Positions 29,705-40,064 are shown, counted from the stretch's first letter. The stretch is 64,000 nucleotides of DNA from Candidatus Kaiserbacteria bacterium RIFCSPHIGHO2_02_FULL_49_34 (GCA_001781205.1 MFLE01000025.1:22914-86913), one strand, 5' to 3'. Notes: a model not told the origin generated them from the sequence alone. Made by a program: numbers and translations.

Positions 29705-29818
29705 CACCACTTCTCCGACCAACCCCACAGAGCCCTCCCGAGGGCTCTTTTTCTTTATTGCATTGCAAAATAATTGATGTTAGTCTCTAGGTATCTGATC
29801 TTTTAGAGGAGCAATCCC

Positions 29819-30367
29819 ATGCACATTACAACGCTAGATATCCCCGGACTTTTTCTGATTACTCCAACTCCTCGTGCCGATGTGCGTGGCGTGTTTCAGA
29901 AAACGTTTGACGCGGCACTGTTTGCAACACACGGCATGAACACCGACCTTCACGAGGTGTTTGAGACAGAATCGCACAAGGAAGTAATACGTGGTATGCA
30001 CTTCCAAATGCCCCCGCATGCTTGCGCAAAATACGTATCCGTCAAGCACGGCAGTATTCTTGATGTTGTGCTTGATATACGAATGAATTCTCCAACATTT
30101 GGGAAACATCTGTCGATACAGCTTTCTGCAGAGAATCAATCAACACTGTACATTCCCGAAGGGTTTGCGCATGGATTCAAAGCACTCACCGAACTCGCAC
30201 ATACGTCATATCTGCAAACAGCAGGTTTCAATGCAGCATGTGATGCGGGCATACATTTTGATTCATTCGGCATGGATTGGGGTGTTGATAATCCCATCAT
30301 GTCCGAACGCGACAAAGCACTCCCCGCATTCACCTCGTTTATCTCACCTTTTTCCCATCAGGAGTAA
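29819..30367 (+). CDS. RmlC-type NDP-sugar epimerase
   Basis: DVRGVF, IRGMHFQ, DVVLDIR..SPTFG, IPEGFAHGF. Confidence 0.9.
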   Translation: MHITTLDIPGLFLITPTPRADVRGVFQKTFDAALFATHGMNTDLHEVFETESHKEVIRGMHFQMPPHACAKYVSVKHGSILDVVLDIRMNSPTFGKHLSIQLSAENQSTLYIPEGFAHGFKALTELAHTSYLQTAGFNAACDAGIHFDSFGMDWGVDNPIMSERDKALPAFTSFISPFSHQE

Positions 30368-30370
30368 GTC

Positions 30371-31264
30371 ATGAAAATACTCGTAACTGGCGCAAGTGGT
30401 TTCGTGGGAGGCAATCTCGCAGAGCGACGCCTCACTCATGGAGATGATGTGGTGGTTATCACACGATCTGGAACGGACGAAGCTCTTCTTCCGCAAGGAG
30501 TGCGCATCTTCCAACATGATGGCAATCATGAACAACTTTCAGAGTTTATTCTGAAAGAATGCTTCGACGGCATCGTGCATTGTGCAACGCACTTTTGCGG
30601 GACACACACTGCGAACGACATCGACAAACTTGTCGACAGCAACATTCGTTTCGGCATGCATCTCTTTGAAGCTGCAACTAAACACGATGTACCATGGATG
30701 ATCAACACAAGCACCTATACGCAACACTACGAGAACCGTGACTATTCACCCGCAAACCTGTACTCGGCAACCAAGCAAGCATTCGAGGATATTGTGCAAT
30801 ACTATGCCGAGACAACCGCAACCACAATTGCAACCGTAACCTTATTTGACACAATCGGCGAGGGCGACAGAAGAAATAAGATTTTTCGCGCACTACTTAA
30901 TGCTGCAAAGACGGGGACCTGTCTTGAGTTGTCGCCGGGCGAACAATTGCTTGATATCAGCCCGATACAAAATGTGCTCGATGGGTACGATCGCATGGTG
31001 ACGCTGCTCACTCAAAGCAATCACACTATGTTCAACGGAAAGGTATTCACACTTCCTTCGAACGAACGTATGACGCTCCGTTCTTTTGTTGCACTTTTTG
31101 AAAGTGTACTCGGCAGAAAACTCCCCGTAACCTTTGGTACTCGTCCCTATCGTGAGCGAGAAATGATGTTGCCATGGTCGCACGGAGAACCAGTACCCGG
31201 CTGGAAACCACACATCAGTCTTGCCGAGAGCATCCAAGACATCATGAAACATGAACTCGGGTAA
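30371..31264 (+). CDS. NAD-dependent sugar reductase/epimerase (abequose/paratose synthase-like)
   Basis: TGASGFVG, YSATKQA, PYREREMM; gene context. Confidence 0.75.
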   Translation: MKILVTGASGFVGGNLAERRLTHGDDVVVITRSGTDEALLPQGVRIFQHDGNHEQLSEFILKECFDGIVHCATHFCGTHTANDIDKLVDSNIRFGMHLFEAATKHDVPWMINTSTYTQHYENRDYSPANLYSATKQAFEDIVQYYAETTATTIATVTLFDTIGEGDRRNKIFRALLNAAKTGTCLELSPGEQLLDISPIQNVLDGYDRMVTLLTQSNHTMFNGKVFTLPSNERMTLRSFVALFESVLGRKLPVTFGTRPYREREMMLPWSHGEPVPGWKPHISLAESIQDIMKHELG

Positions 31265-31355
31265 AATATTTCCTTCGCCGTAGACTCGTCTGCGGCATTT
31301 TTTTGCACTCATGATATGGACAAACGTTCACATGTTTGTACAATAGCCTTATTCC

Positions 31356-32651
31356 ATGAATATCTTCGCTCGACTTGCTGCAAAGAGGCACGACACAGGA
31401 CTTCGTCGCTACACCAAAAATCTTGGCTGGATGTTTTTTGCGCGTATTGGCACCATGGCAATAGGACTCCTTGCCACTGCATATATTGCACGTAATCTCG
31501 GACCTACAAGTTATGGCGAACTAAGTTACGCAATCAGCTTTGTGATGCTTGTCGGGATGTTTGCATCACTCGGTATTGACCAGACCATCTCACGTGAACT
31601 GATTCTCTTTCCTGAGAAACGAAACGCCGTAATGGGCACAGCACTTTCCATGCGACTTGGCGCGGGGATTTTTGCAATGGTTCTCTGTATTCTTCTCGCC
31701 TATTTTATTTCTCCACACGACGTATCGCTTCTTCTTATTTTCATTATTAGCAGTACACTTGTTCTCAGCAGTTTCAGTCTTCTTGGGCAAGAATTTCAAG
31801 CACAGGTAGAATCAAAGTGGCCGTCAATAGCGTCAATTATAATTGTTACTATTTTAAACCTTTTCAAAATAGTAATTATCATGTTTGGTGGTGGCGTTCT
31901 CTATCTCGCAGCTATTCTTGTACTTGAGCCAATATTGTATGCAGGAAGCTATATTTACCTGCGCACAAAACGCTTTGGCGCACTACAAACACTCTCATTC
32001 GACCCCGTACTTGCTCGCCTCATTATTGCAGATGCTACTCCTCTCATTTTAGTTTCCGCATTCTCCACAATATACGCACGCATCGACCAGATATTTATAA
32101 AACACATGATAGACGCCACTTCTGTTGGTCTCTATGATGCCGCAGTACGACTCTCTGAAGTTTGGTATTTTGTGCCAGGCATTATTATTGCGGGACTCTT
32201 ACCTGCAATAGGCAACGCAAAGAAAACAAACGATATCCTGTATAGAAAGCGTATACAGAAACTATTTTTCTTTCTCTTTGCTGCCACACTTACCCTTGCG
32301 CTACTGACCAGTATTATTGCAAAACCTCTCGTAGCGATTGTATTTGGTGCTGCATTTGCAGGAGCAGCCCCCGTACTTATGCTCTATATCTGGAGCAATA
32401 TTGGCGCCGCCCTTACCCACATTACACACCAAATCCTACTCCTTGAGCGACTCCCGAAATACATCCTCTTCTCCTCATTTTTTGGCATGGCTGCCAACCT
32501 CATACTCTGCATCATGCTGATTCCAAAATACGGAATGCTCGGCGCAGCCTTTGGAAGCCTTGTTGCATATATACTACCTTTCCTTTCGCTGTTCCTACTC
32601 CCCAAAACTCGCACACTTCTTACTAACATTTTATTCGCACATAAACGCTGA
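31356..32651 (+). CDS. wzx: Polysaccharide flippase
   Basis: Multi-TM; ARNLGP..YG, RIDQIFI, VGLYDAA, LIPKYGMLGAA. Confidence 0.88.
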   Translation: MNIFARLAAKRHDTGLRRYTKNLGWMFFARIGTMAIGLLATAYIARNLGPTSYGELSYAISFVMLVGMFASLGIDQTISRELILFPEKRNAVMGTALSMRLGAGIFAMVLCILLAYFISPHDVSLLLIFIISSTLVLSSFSLLGQEFQAQVESKWPSIASIIIVTILNLFKIVIIMFGGGVLYLAAILVLEPILYAGSYIYLRTKRFGALQTLSFDPVLARLIIADATPLILVSAFSTIYARIDQIFIKHMIDATSVGLYDAAVRLSEVWYFVPGIIIAGLLPAIGNAKKTNDILYRKRIQKLFFFLFAATLTLALLTSIIAKPLVAIVFGAAFAGAAPVLMLYIWSNIGAALTHITHQILLLERLPKYILFSSFFGMAANLILCIMLIPKYGMLGAAFGSLVAYILPFLSLFLLPKTRTLLTNILFAHKR

Positions 32652-32730
32652 CTCGCTAACAAGTTTTACGGTCGTTACTTGCCATCCCCCACCGTGTGCG
32701 TTTTTCTTATATTCAGATATACTGTAGTAT

Positions 32731-33645
32731 ATGAACATCACACCGACCATCACTATCGCTATCCCTTCCTACAATAAGGAGCCATATATTCGCCGATGTC
32801 TCGAGAGCGCTTTGAACAATCAAAATGATGATGTCGAAATTATTCTCGTTGACAACGCATCACAAGACGCAACATACAAAATTGCACAGTCATACACTCC
32901 TACAGTCACCTGCCATCAAAACAGTACCAACCTTGGTATGGCATCAAATTGGAACAAGTGTATTGAACACGCATCGGGCGACTGGATACTTATTCTTCAC
33001 GCTGATGATGAACTTGCTCCAAACGTAATCCCCCTCTATCGTACTCTGATAATGAAAAATCCAAATCTTGGCATTATTCATGCGAACTCATTTGCTGTTG
33101 TAAATGGTGACCCCGCAACAAAAACGACGACACCGACTGCACATAAAGAGCATTGGCGGGCGGGCGAAGAAGCACTTCGTGCGCCTATCGGGCTCTGTTC
33201 AACCATTATGGTGAAAAAAGAGGCATATGAAAGACTTGGAGGCTTTATCGAAACCTCACTGTCTGCAGATGCTGAAATGTGGCCGCGTGTTGCAGCTGAA
33301 TATGACCTAGCCTTCATCAACGAGCCAACTGCAACGTATCATTACAACAAAGATTCAACAGGGGCACAATCACTTATTGAACGTCGTTTTGAAGACATTG
33401 TTGCTGATTGGGATAATCTCACGGAGAAAATCGCGCAGTCACAACCAACGGAAGAACTTCGTCTCAGATATCTCGCAAAAGCTAAGTATGACGCATTGGG
33501 AAACTACTGGGCAATCGTTGCAGCAAATCTCAAAACACGAAAATATAAAAATGCTACTCGTGCAATCTGGATTATCAGTGTACACTATCATAAGTTTTTT
33601 CCGCTTCTACAACTCATTATTAAAAAACTTTGGAGTAAACGTTAA
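32731..33645 (+). CDS. Glycosyltransferase family 2
   Basis: IPSYN, VDNASQD, LHADD. Confidence 0.9.
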   Translation: MNITPTITIAIPSYNKEPYIRRCLESALNNQNDDVEIILVDNASQDATYKIAQSYTPTVTCHQNSTNLGMASNWNKCIEHASGDWILILHADDELAPNVIPLYRTLIMKNPNLGIIHANSFAVVNGDPATKTTTPTAHKEHWRAGEEALRAPIGLCSTIMVKKEAYERLGGFIETSLSADAEMWPRVAAEYDLAFINEPTATYHYNKDSTGAQSLIERRFEDIVADWDNLTEKIAQSQPTEELRLRYLAKAKYDALGNYWAIVAANLKTRKYKNATRAIWIISVHYHKFFPLLQLIIKKLWSKR

Positions 33646-33659
33646 TTCTATAACTTATC

Positions 33660-34631
33660 ATGTCAGCACCAATTCTCTCGATATGCATACCAACCTATAA
33701 TCGCGCATCATATCTACACGATGCGCTCGAGAGCATTGCTCGGGAGCTTACTGATAAACATCTTGCTGAGCAAGTGGAAGTTATTGTGTCTGACAACGCA
33801 TCGACTGACGATACCGAAACAATCACACGCTCATTCGCAAGCAAAATCCGTCATCTTGCATACTATAAAAATGAGGCAAATGTTGGCTTTGATTACAATG
33901 TCGATAATGCCGTACGTCGTGCCAACGGAACCTATTGTTGGTACCTTGGAGATGACGACCTCATTAGAAACGGTGCACTCGCGTATATGTTGGCACAGTG
34001 TGCCAAGAATACCTACGCAATCATTTCTACAACCTCTCAGGAAATAACAGACCGTGACCCTAAGGTGTTTCTACAGAAAGTTACCTATACTGATGCTGAT
34101 ATGTCTATATCAAACGATCCTAACGAGAGCTATGCACTAAATTACTACCCGTCAGCACTAAGCCTACTCGCATTTCGCCGCGACGCATGGCTGAATGCTG
34201 CAGACATTCAGAACCATACTCCTGGTTGGTATTATTTCGAGACAATTCTTCGCCTCGCCATTGCAACAACAGACCCCACTCTCCACATCAAAAAGCCAAT
34301 GGTGCTTACCGGACAAGACTGTCGTTGGGCAGACAATGGGCAAGGGCTACAGATATTCATAGACTGTAATGTATTCTTGCGAAAAATGATTGGTTGGGGA
34401 TACAATCAAACCCGCACCAAGCAAGAGCTCGCTGGCAACACTCGTAAATTCCCTCGCGTCCTCTTACAAGCAAAAGCACGCGACCTTCCTCTCACAAAGA
34501 AGAACTTCGCCCTCATGCGGAGCTACACCAAGCATATTCCTTGGCATCTGCGCATGATTGGGAATATACTATTCTATATCCCCAATACATTTATAGCGCT
34601 CGCTCGAGATATAAAAAAGTCAATCATATGA
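33660..34631 (+). CDS. Glycosyltransferase family 2 (RfbV-like dideoxyhexose transferase candidate)
   Basis: LSICIPTYNR, SDNASTD, NVGFDYN, LGDDD. Confidence 0.85.
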   Translation: MSAPILSICIPTYNRASYLHDALESIARELTDKHLAEQVEVIVSDNASTDDTETITRSFASKIRHLAYYKNEANVGFDYNVDNAVRRANGTYCWYLGDDDLIRNGALAYMLAQCAKNTYAIISTTSQEITDRDPKVFLQKVTYTDADMSISNDPNESYALNYYPSALSLLAFRRDAWLNAADIQNHTPGWYYFETILRLAIATTDPTLHIKKPMVLTGQDCRWADNGQGLQIFIDCNVFLRKMIGWGYNQTRTKQELAGNTRKFPRVLLQAKARDLPLTKKNFALMRSYTKHIPWHLRMIGNILFYIPNTFIALARDIKKSII

Positions 34632-35461
34632 AGCCTATAACTTTTATCCTCTTTGCCTACAATGAAGAAAAACGTATTGCATATGCGGTGCGGAGTTTTA
34701 TGAAGTACGGACCAGTACTTATTATGGATGGCGGCAGTACTGACAAGACTAAAGAGATTGCTGAGAAACTCGGTGCAACCTTTCTTTCACGCCCCACATC
34801 AAATGTTCCGCACGTCGAAACACAGCAAAACTACGATTTTATAAAGAAAAACACGAACACCCCCTGGATTTATTGGGGCTACGTCGACAATATTGCGCCA
34901 AAAACATTGGTTGAAAAGATGCTTGCGGTAGCAACCGAAAATTCTTGTAAACAAATCATTGCCCCGATGCACACCTATATGTGGGGTGCTACAAATCATA
35001 TTGCGCAAAAGTCACATATACCCGTTGCGTTCCATCGCGACTATATGGATTTTACACACACACCAATCCACAGCATGGGTCTTTTTACAGGGACTCCTGA
35101 GGAGGTCTGTGTACTCCCCTCGCTCGAGCGGTTTGCCATTCGTCATTTTAGCACATATGTTACCAGTAAATATGTTGTTGGCTACTTGCGCTATGCCGAA
35201 GAAGAAGCACTTCAAAAATTCAAAAACGGCGAAAGATTTTCAATCCTTAAGCTTTTTGCAGCAATGTTGCGCTATATGTGGATTTACCGTAGAAGCATGT
35301 ATAATGGCAGGGTTGGCATTATTGTTATGCTCAATGCAGCTTTTGGTAGGCTCATGACTTACGCACGTCTTTACGAGATTGAGCACAACATAACACTTCA
35401 GACCGCTGAAGAAAAATACGCTCTAGAAAAAGAAAAACTCCTCAATGCAAAATCTTCTTAA
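34628..35461 (+). CDS. Glycosyltransferase family 2-like
   Basis: AYNEEKRI, MDGGSTDKT. Confidence 0.75.
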   Translation: MKPITFILFAYNEEKRIAYAVRSFMKYGPVLIMDGGSTDKTKEIAEKLGATFLSRPTSNVPHVETQQNYDFIKKNTNTPWIYWGYVDNIAPKTLVEKMLAVATENSCKQIIAPMHTYMWGATNHIAQKSHIPVAFHRDYMDFTHTPIHSMGLFTGTPEEVCVLPSLERFAIRHFSTYVTSKYVVGYLRYAEEEALQKFKNGERFSILKLFAAMLRYMWIYRRSMYNGRVGIIVMLNAAFGRLMTYARLYEIEHNITLQTAEEKYALEKEKLLNAKSS

Positions 35462-36365
35462 TCATGTACGCACCATAACACCTCTTGCAATCCGGAAAAA
35501 AGTCGGGCCCATTTTAGGGTATCTCGCATATTGGTACCGGACACGTATTCGTGGTCCTGTATGGGAGCCCCGGGTGCTATCGATATCTGAGACAATACAG
35601 AAAATACGTGAGCAGAACCTCTCTGTGATTCGTTTTGGAGATGGCGAGCTCTCACTTATTGAACATTCGAATCTTGGTTTTCAGAAATATGATACCGTCC
35701 TTGCCAACCGTCTCTCTGAAATTCTTCGTGTCGAGGAAGAGAATCTCATGATATGCGTACCAAGTATTTTTGATCGGATAGAACACCTTACACCAATCGC
35801 TTTCTGGTTTGAAATTCACCACCTCTTCCGACACGGACATACATGGCGGAAATTTCTCATACCTGGTCGCACCTACGGTGATGCCTTTATGACTCGTCCA
35901 TATCTCACTTTTAAGAATAAACGAGATACCGGCACACTCTATACTGCATTGAAAGCGCTCTGGGAAAATACTGATGTAGTACTCATAGAAGGAACACAGA
36001 GCAGACTAGGGGTTGGCAATGACTTGTTTGCAGACTGTACCTCTGTTAAAAGAATACTTTGTCCACCCGAAAATGCTCATGCGTCACATGAAGCAATCCT
36101 TCACGAGGCAAACAAAGTTGGCAAAGAAAAGCTTATACTGCTTTCACTTGGACCAGCAGCAAAGCTTCTTGCATACGATTTATTCAAGCAAGGATATCGT
36201 GTTATCGATATCGGTCACGTCGATATGGAGTATGAAATGTTTTTACGAAACACCGACCGCATTGTACCCGTTCGTTATAAGTATTTTAATGAAATTAATG
36301 AACGAAATCCTGAGGAATGTGCCGATCCTGTGTACACCTCTCAAATCATCGCAACCATTCTATGA
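35445..36365 (+). CDS. GT-D fold glycosyltransferase (DUF1792)
   Basis: SVIRFGDGE, SRLGVGNDLF, CPPENA, LGPAAK, IDIGHVDMEYE. Confidence 0.88.
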   Translation: MQNLLNHVRTITPLAIRKKVGPILGYLAYWYRTRIRGPVWEPRVLSISETIQKIREQNLSVIRFGDGELSLIEHSNLGFQKYDTVLANRLSEILRVEEENLMICVPSIFDRIEHLTPIAFWFEIHHLFRHGHTWRKFLIPGRTYGDAFMTRPYLTFKNKRDTGTLYTALKALWENTDVVLIEGTQSRLGVGNDLFADCTSVKRILCPPENAHASHEAILHEANKVGKEKLILLSLGPAAKLLAYDLFKQGYRVIDIGHVDMEYEMFLRNTDRIVPVRYKYFNEINERNPEECADPVYTSQIIATIL

Positions 36366-37423
36366 GAACTATCAACATCAAAATCTGTGGCTATGACCTA
36401 GATGACGAGTCTGTGCGTGATATATTTCTAGTGCGCGAACTTTCTAAACTTTACCATGTCACATTCTCTAATAAACCAGACTACGTTTTCTTCCATGAGG
36501 GCACGACGGAGTATTTAAACTACCCCGATGCAATTCGTATTTTCTACACTGGTGAGAATATCCATCCTAACTTCAATCTTTGTGATTATGCAATAAGTTT
36601 TGACCATCTTACTTTTGAAGACCGGCACTTTAGGCTACCCGTATTCCAAACAGCGGTCTTCTATAGAAAATGTGATGTTGAAAACGCAGGTGATCTTGAT
36701 TTCAAAACTCCGCGACCATTCACGAAAGAAGACCTTGCCAAAAAAGAAGGTTTTTGCAGTTTTGTGTATAATAATTATCTGGCAGATAACGCTCGTGGCG
36801 AATTTTTTGCAAAATTGTCTGCGTACAAGCAGGTTGACTCTGGTGGTAATTATCTCAATACCACAGGAACTGAACTCGTCAGCAAATTAGATTTCGACAG
36901 AAAACGAAAATTCGCCATTGCCTTTGAAAACTCTTCACGTAGTGGTTACACCACTGAAAAAATCCTCACCGCGTTCGCAGCAAATGCCCTCCCTATCTAT
37001 TACGGTGACCCTCGAATTACTGAAGTATTCAATCCTGAACGCTACATTAACTGCGCTGACTATCCCGATTTCGATGCTGTGGTTGCACGTGTTAAAGAAA
37101 TAGATGAAAACGACGAACTCTATCTCGAAATTATGAACAAGCCAGTCCTTATGCCAGGCGTTGACCTCGCAAAGGACCGTGAAGATTTCGCTGTATTTCT
37201 AAAACAAATTATCGACCAGCCTCTCACAACTGCCCGACGTAGAAAAATAAATCCCGTTCGTGCAATTACCTACGAACAAAACGAACGGCTCATTGCACGA
37301 TACCGGAATACAACACTACGCACAAAACAGACAATCGCGTATCTTTACGCACCACTTAAAAAAATTTCCTTCTTTGAAAAAGTAAAAATATTTCTTTTTA
37401 AAAAACTTTACGCAAAAAGTTAA
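36362..37423 (+). CDS. Alpha-1,3/4-fucosyltransferase (GT10)
   Basis: FYTGEN..PNFNLCDYAISFD, KFAIAFENS...GYTTEKI, PIYYG. Confidence 0.9.
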   Translation: MRTINIKICGYDLDDESVRDIFLVRELSKLYHVTFSNKPDYVFFHEGTTEYLNYPDAIRIFYTGENIHPNFNLCDYAISFDHLTFEDRHFRLPVFQTAVFYRKCDVENAGDLDFKTPRPFTKEDLAKKEGFCSFVYNNYLADNARGEFFAKLSAYKQVDSGGNYLNTTGTELVSKLDFDRKRKFAIAFENSSRSGYTTEKILTAFAANALPIYYGDPRITEVFNPERYINCADYPDFDAVVARVKEIDENDELYLEIMNKPVLMPGVDLAKDREDFAVFLKQIIDQPLTTARRRKINPVRAITYEQNERLIARYRNTTLRTKQTIAYLYAPLKKISFFEKVKIFLFKKLYAKS

Positions 37424-37433
37424 CTAGCGGCAT

Positions 37434-38309
37434 ATGATTACTATCTACACTCGCAGTCGAAGCTTCCTTACTAAGGAATTTTGGAAGTGGGTGGCACGGC
37501 GGTTGCTCAGAAAGTATTCGGGGCCGAATGCGGTGGAGGATAGTTTGTTGCGGGGGCTAAAAAAACTTAATGTCCCGTTCAAGCGCAATACGGAGCCCGC
37601 GCAAGGTGATGTAGCGTTGATTCTTTCTGGTGTCGAGGCACTCAGTGAAGCCATTGCTCTGAAGCAGATCGGGCGCATAAAAAAGATTATTGCCGGGCCA
37701 AATATTGTTGCTCACCCACGTGATGCTGACGGCGCAATGCTGAGCACAGATATCGACATCATACTTGTTCCTTCACAATGGGTTGCTGACTTATGGATAC
37801 ACGAAGCGCCTGAACTTGCTGAAAAAATCCGCGTGTGGCCTGCGGGTGTTCAACTATCGGCACCAAGCACTCGTGATGGCATCCCGATTATTTATGATAA
37901 GTTACGAAGCCCTGAGCTTGTTGCGCAGATACAGGATAGGATTAGCGCATGCCATATATTCACGTATGGTACATTCAAACAACAAGACTATCTAAGTGCC
38001 CTTGCAGATGCGCCCTATCTCGTATATCTCGCACAGTCTGAGAGCCAAGGACTTGCGCTCCAAGAAGCATGGGCGCATAATGTGCCGACGTTTGTGAATA
38101 AGAGTACTCGATGGGAATCAGCCGACACGTCGTGGGAAGCGCCACAGATTAATGCACCGTATCTCACTCCTGAACTTGGCGCGGTTTTTAACTCCATAGA
38201 TGAACTTACTGAACTTTTCTCACACACAACAAACCTCAATCCAAAAGAATATTGCGACGTACACCTTTCCGACGAAGCGAGCACCCGCATTCTTCTTAAT
38301 CTCCTATGA
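37434..38309 (+). CDS. GT-B fold glycosyltransferase-like protein
   Basis: LVPSQWV, ESQGLALQEAW. Confidence 0.7.
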   Translation: MITIYTRSRSFLTKEFWKWVARRLLRKYSGPNAVEDSLLRGLKKLNVPFKRNTEPAQGDVALILSGVEALSEAIALKQIGRIKKIIAGPNIVAHPRDADGAMLSTDIDIILVPSQWVADLWIHEAPELAEKIRVWPAGVQLSAPSTRDGIPIIYDKLRSPELVAQIQDRISACHIFTYGTFKQQDYLSALADAPYLVYLAQSESQGLALQEAWAHNVPTFVNKSTRWESADTSWEAPQINAPYLTPELGAVFNSIDELTELFSHTTNLNPKEYCDVHLSDEASTRILLNLL

Positions 38310-39031
38310 AAAAAATAATTAAAAAAATACTTCGCTTGGTGCAGTTTCCATTTATACTGCCTGACTATCTTCGGTTTCGTAGGAGCATGCGGAACGATCG
38401 TTTTGAGATGCGTCTTCCTGATGTATATCCGTGCGTAAAGGACAAGACGATTCAGACCGGATTTGACCGGCATTATGTGTATCACACATCATGGGCGGCA
38501 CGGGTTCTTGCGGAGATGAAGCCTGAGAGACATGTCGATATTTCATCGTCGCTGTTCTTTGCGGGTATTGTATCTGCGTTTGTTCCTGTGGACTTTTATG
38601 ATTACCGTCCTGCTGATATTGCGCTTTCAGGACTTACGAGCAAGGCTGGCGATCTTATGAGCCTTCCTTTTGACGATGCGAGCGTTGTATCACTTTCATG
38701 TATGCATGTTGTCGAACACATCGGACTCGGCCGCTATGGCGACCCTATTGACCCTGATGGCGACATTAAGGCAGCGGAGGAACTCTCACGTATTCTCGCA
38801 AAAGATGGTTCGCTCCTCTTCGTTGTTCCGCTCGGCAAAGAGGCACTCATCGAATACAACGCACATCGTATTTATTCCTACGAACGAGTTCTTGAACTCT
38901 TCCCTACCCTCACCCTTAAAGAATTCACCCTCATACCCGAACATAGCGGTGACATGATTCGCGATGCAGACCCAAGCCTCGCACAGCATGAACACTATGC
39001 ATGTGGCTGCTTCCATTTTGTAAAGAAATAA
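38306..39031 (+). CDS. DUF268 / SAM methyltransferase-like protein
   Basis: YHTSWAAR, HVDISS, SCMHVVEHIGLGRYGDPIDP, NAHRIY. Confidence 0.8.
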   Translation: MKKIIKKILRLVQFPFILPDYLRFRRSMRNDRFEMRLPDVYPCVKDKTIQTGFDRHYVYHTSWAARVLAEMKPERHVDISSSLFFAGIVSAFVPVDFYDYRPADIALSGLTSKAGDLMSLPFDDASVVSLSCMHVVEHIGLGRYGDPIDPDGDIKAAEELSRILAKDGSLLFVVPLGKEALIEYNAHRIYSYERVLELFPTLTLKEFTLIPEHSGDMIRDADPSLAQHEHYACGCFHFVKK

Positions 39032-39032
39032 T

Positions 39033-39791
39033 ATGAACGCTAACACCCCTCTCGTTTCAATCATGATGACTTCGTACAATCGTGCGGGGTATATTGGTGA
39101 GGCTATTGAGAGTGTTTTAATGCAGACATATCAGAATTGGGAGCTGCTTGTGCTGGATGATGCTTCGACGGATGATACGGTTTCTATTGCGCAGGGTTTC
39201 GCGGAACAGGATGCGCGTGTTCGTGTCCTCCCTGCACCACAGAATCTTGGGATTACTGGTAATCGCAATCGTGGGTTTGCGCTGGCGCGAGGTGAGTATA
39301 TTGCGGTGCTTGATAGTGATGATATGTGGAGTAGTTCTGAGAAACTTGCGAAGCAGGTTGCGTTTTTAGAGTCGAATCCTGAACATATACTTGTTGGTAC
39401 GCAGGTGGATGTTATTGATGGTTTCTCAAATACTATCGGATCTTTCGCATACGAGACTGAGGATGCCGCGATTCGTGCAAAGCTCTTGCTCAGAAATCAA
39501 TTCACCCATTCCGCGATTCTTATGCGAAAAACTGCAGAAATCTACAATCCAGCGGTTCCTATTTGGGAAGATTACGACCTTATTCTCCGCCTCGGAACAC
39601 TCGGCAAGCTTGCAAACTTGCCTGAGCAGATGACACAGTATCGCAAGCATGCGAGTAATATCAGCAAAGAAAAACGCGCGCAGCACGCTCGCGTTCACCT
39701 AGATATTATTTGGGCACACAAAGACGCCTATCCACACTATTCCCTTGCCTGGATGAAGGCACAGCTTCGCATTTTGCGCGCGTATGTATAA
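39033..39791 (+). CDS. Glycosyltransferase family 2
   Basis: PLVSIMMTSYNR, LDDASTD, LDSDD, EDYDL. Confidence 0.92.
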   Translation: MNANTPLVSIMMTSYNRAGYIGEAIESVLMQTYQNWELLVLDDASTDDTVSIAQGFAEQDARVRVLPAPQNLGITGNRNRGFALARGEYIAVLDSDDMWSSSEKLAKQVAFLESNPEHILVGTQVDVIDGFSNTIGSFAYETEDAAIRAKLLLRNQFTHSAILMRKTAEIYNPAVPIWEDYDLILRLGTLGKLANLPEQMTQYRKHASNISKEKRAQHARVHLDIIWAHKDAYPHYSLAWMKAQLRILRAYV

Positions 39792-39822
39792 TAAAGACAG
39801 ATACTCAGAGCTTGAATAGAAT

Positions 39823-39863
39823 CGAGAACACCCAGAGCACATACTGTGCTCTGGGTGTTTTCG
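39823..39863. terminator. Bidirectional terminator hairpin
   Basis: gaacacccagagcac-atact-gtgctctgggtgtttt between convergent genes. Confidence 0.75.
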
Positions 39864-39875
39864 ATAATTCGCACG

Positions 39876-40058
39876 CTAGTTTGAAAGCATGCCGGCCTCG
39901 CGCATGATGGCGCGCTGATCTTCGATGGCGAGACGAGCGGCTTTTGTAATGACTTTCTTCTGTTCGCGCGCTGAAGCATTGCGCATAAACTCTGAAAATG
40001 CACCGTTATGCACGGACTCTTTTCTTGCTCTAAAAAGTTTCTTGAGTTTTGTATACAT
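39876..40058 (-). CDS. Small protein downstream of the zeta toxin (putative partner)
   Basis: 60 aa, FSEFMRNASAREQKKV..A.EDQR; starts 6 bp after the zeta stop. Confidence 0.65.
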   Translation of the reverse strand: MYTKLKKLFRARKESVHNGAFSEFMRNASAREQKKVITKAARLAIEDQRAIMREAGMLSN

Positions 40059-40064
40059 ACGAGT

